From an uncultured delta proteobacterium (GTDB lineage: Bacteria > Myxococcota_A > Polyangia > Polyangiales > Polyangiaceae): 64,000 nt of DNA. The translations under genes were made by a program, and so were the position numbers. Positions 63,079 through 64,000 of this stretch are shown one piece after another (within the stretch, counting starts at the first letter, position 1; every line of letters starts with the position of its first letter). The stretch is taken from NCBI GenBank assembly GCA_963806225.1, contig CAWDXG010000001.1:832001-896000 (forward strand), in the 5' to 3' direction. The notes under the pieces were generated by a model. That model had not been told where the DNA came from, searched no databases, and saw only the letters and a list, made by a program, of their open reading frames with translations.

Positions 63079-63540
63079 ATGGACGATCGCAAACGGTACT
63101 CGGGCACCTGGTACAACCAGCACGGGTCGAGCATGGAGCTTTCGGTCAGCGAGGCGGGGGAGATCCGCGGGAAGTTCCGGAGCGGGATCGGCCTTTCGCA
63201 CCGCGACGAGAGCTTCGAGATGACCGGCTTCTCCGCGGGTGACGTGATCGCGTTCATTGTCGACTTCTCGAAATACGAGACGCTGACGACCTGGACCGGT
63301 CACTTCGTGACGGACGCCGGTGCGCCGGAGATCCAGGCGATCTGGCACATGGCCGTCGCCACGCCGCCGCGCCACGGCCGCGACCTGTGGAAGGGCACCT
63401 GGACCGGTGCCGACGTCTTCCGCCGCGAGCCGATGAGGAAACCGGGTCACCCGGGCCGCGTTCCGTCGCACCCGGTAGCCTGGCAGGAGGCCTTCGAGCT
63501 CCTCACCTCGTTGAGCGATCCCACCGAAGACGAGGAGTAG
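63079..63540 (+). CDS. Avidin/streptavidin family protein without signal peptide
   Basis: SGTWYNQHGS, TLTTWTGH, IQAIWHM, LWKGTWTGADVF align with streptavidin GTWYNQLGS, SATTWSGQ, INTQWLL, AWKSTLVGHDTF. Confidence 0.88.
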   Translation: MDDRKRYSGTWYNQHGSSMELSVSEAGEIRGKFRSGIGLSHRDESFEMTGFSAGDVIAFIVDFSKYETLTTWTGHFVTDAGAPEIQAIWHMAVATPPRHGRDLWKGTWTGADVFRREPMRKPGHPGRVPSHPVAWQEAFELLTSLSDPTEDEE

Positions 63541-63566
63541 CCGAGGCGGGGGATCCAGCGCCGCCG

Positions 63567-64000
63567 TCAGGGTCGTTCGAGGAGCGGGAAGAACGCGCGG
63601 TCGACCACCATCATGTGGCGCGAGATGACGTCCTGGGCCAGGTACTCCACGATGGCGCCGAGGGTGGCTTTGCCCTCGTGCACGCGTTCCTTCAGGAATT
63701 CTGCCCTGCGCAACAAGCCGGCGTGCGCTCGCTTGTGGTGCTCGAGATCGGCGTAGCCGTGGGCGGCGAGGATGGCCTCCTCGTTCACGAAGTGGTGCCG
63801 CACATGCTCCAGCAGCGTGTCGAGCGCCCCGCCGAGTCCCCTGGGGTCCGCCTCCGCCTGGATCGCGGCCGAGATGAGCTGGTTGGCCAGCTCGAAAAGC
63901 TGGCGATGCTCGCCATCGATGGTCGCGTCACCGCACTCGTAGGCTTCATGCCACTGGAGGTGCAGCGGCGAAGCGTTGGCCTCGGCTAGCCAGAGATCGG
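63567..64000 (-). CDS. C-terminal bacteriohemerythrin domain of a protein starting beyond the window
   Basis: W...YECGDATIDGEHRQL, HFVNEE, HKRAH, HMMVVD iron ligands. Confidence 0.88.
   Translation of the reverse strand, partial: DLWLAEANASPLHLQWHEAYECGDATIDGEHRQLFELANQLISAAIQAEADPRGLGGALDTLLEHVRHHFVNEEAILAAHGYADLEHHKRAHAGLLRRAEFLKERVHEGKATLGAIVEYLAQDVISRHMMVVDRAFFPLLERP

Noticed and set aside
61504..63540. Apparent PEP synthase-avidin fusion in the ORF track
   Set aside because: Caused by a frameshift near 62910; the true ppsA C-terminus ([13 protein letters not shown]) stops at 63055 and the avidin has its own SD and ATG

Overview
High-GC chromosomal window. Its gene content (many Gly/Thr-linker, Cys-rich lipoproteins, Ser/Thr kinase, PP2C, TerB) suggests a Myxococcota/Polyangiales-like organism; this is inference. 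In order it holds: a truncated radical SAM gene, TetR + acyl-CoA dehydrogenase, PP2C/truD/terB, a short-chain fatty acid transporter, a complete cbb3 oxidase cluster (ccoNO fusion, Q, P, G, H, DsbD-like, I, S), a degenerate radical SAM/SPASM gene, a zone of gene fragments including an IS91-like remnant, MarC, a flavin-dependent halogenase-like gene, an ilvB-ilvN-ilvC-leuA-leuC-leuD-cimA-leuB operon with a ribosome-dependent attenuator, thiolase, GAF-GGDEF, enoyl-CoA hydratase, PFOR + dihydroorotate-dehydrogenase-like gene, PEP synthase, an avidin-family gene and a hemerythrin domain. Many genes carry single-base frameshifts that look like long-read assembly errors. The strongest non-obvious signal is four sigma54-type promoters (cco, degenerate rSAM, PFOR, ppsA), each preceded by the palindrome CGCA-N5-TGCG, suggesting a micro-oxic enhancer regulon. 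Other notable signals: a GTRGC-N5-GCYAC motif upstream of two beta-oxidation loci 43 kb apart, a radical SAM homologue lacking its catalytic motifs, a Leu/Val/Ile attenuator, repeated leaderless-type promoters, and a signal-less avidin with an SHP-containing tail. No rRNA, tRNA or CRISPR array was seen. All family assignments come from motif recognition by eye, not from database searches.
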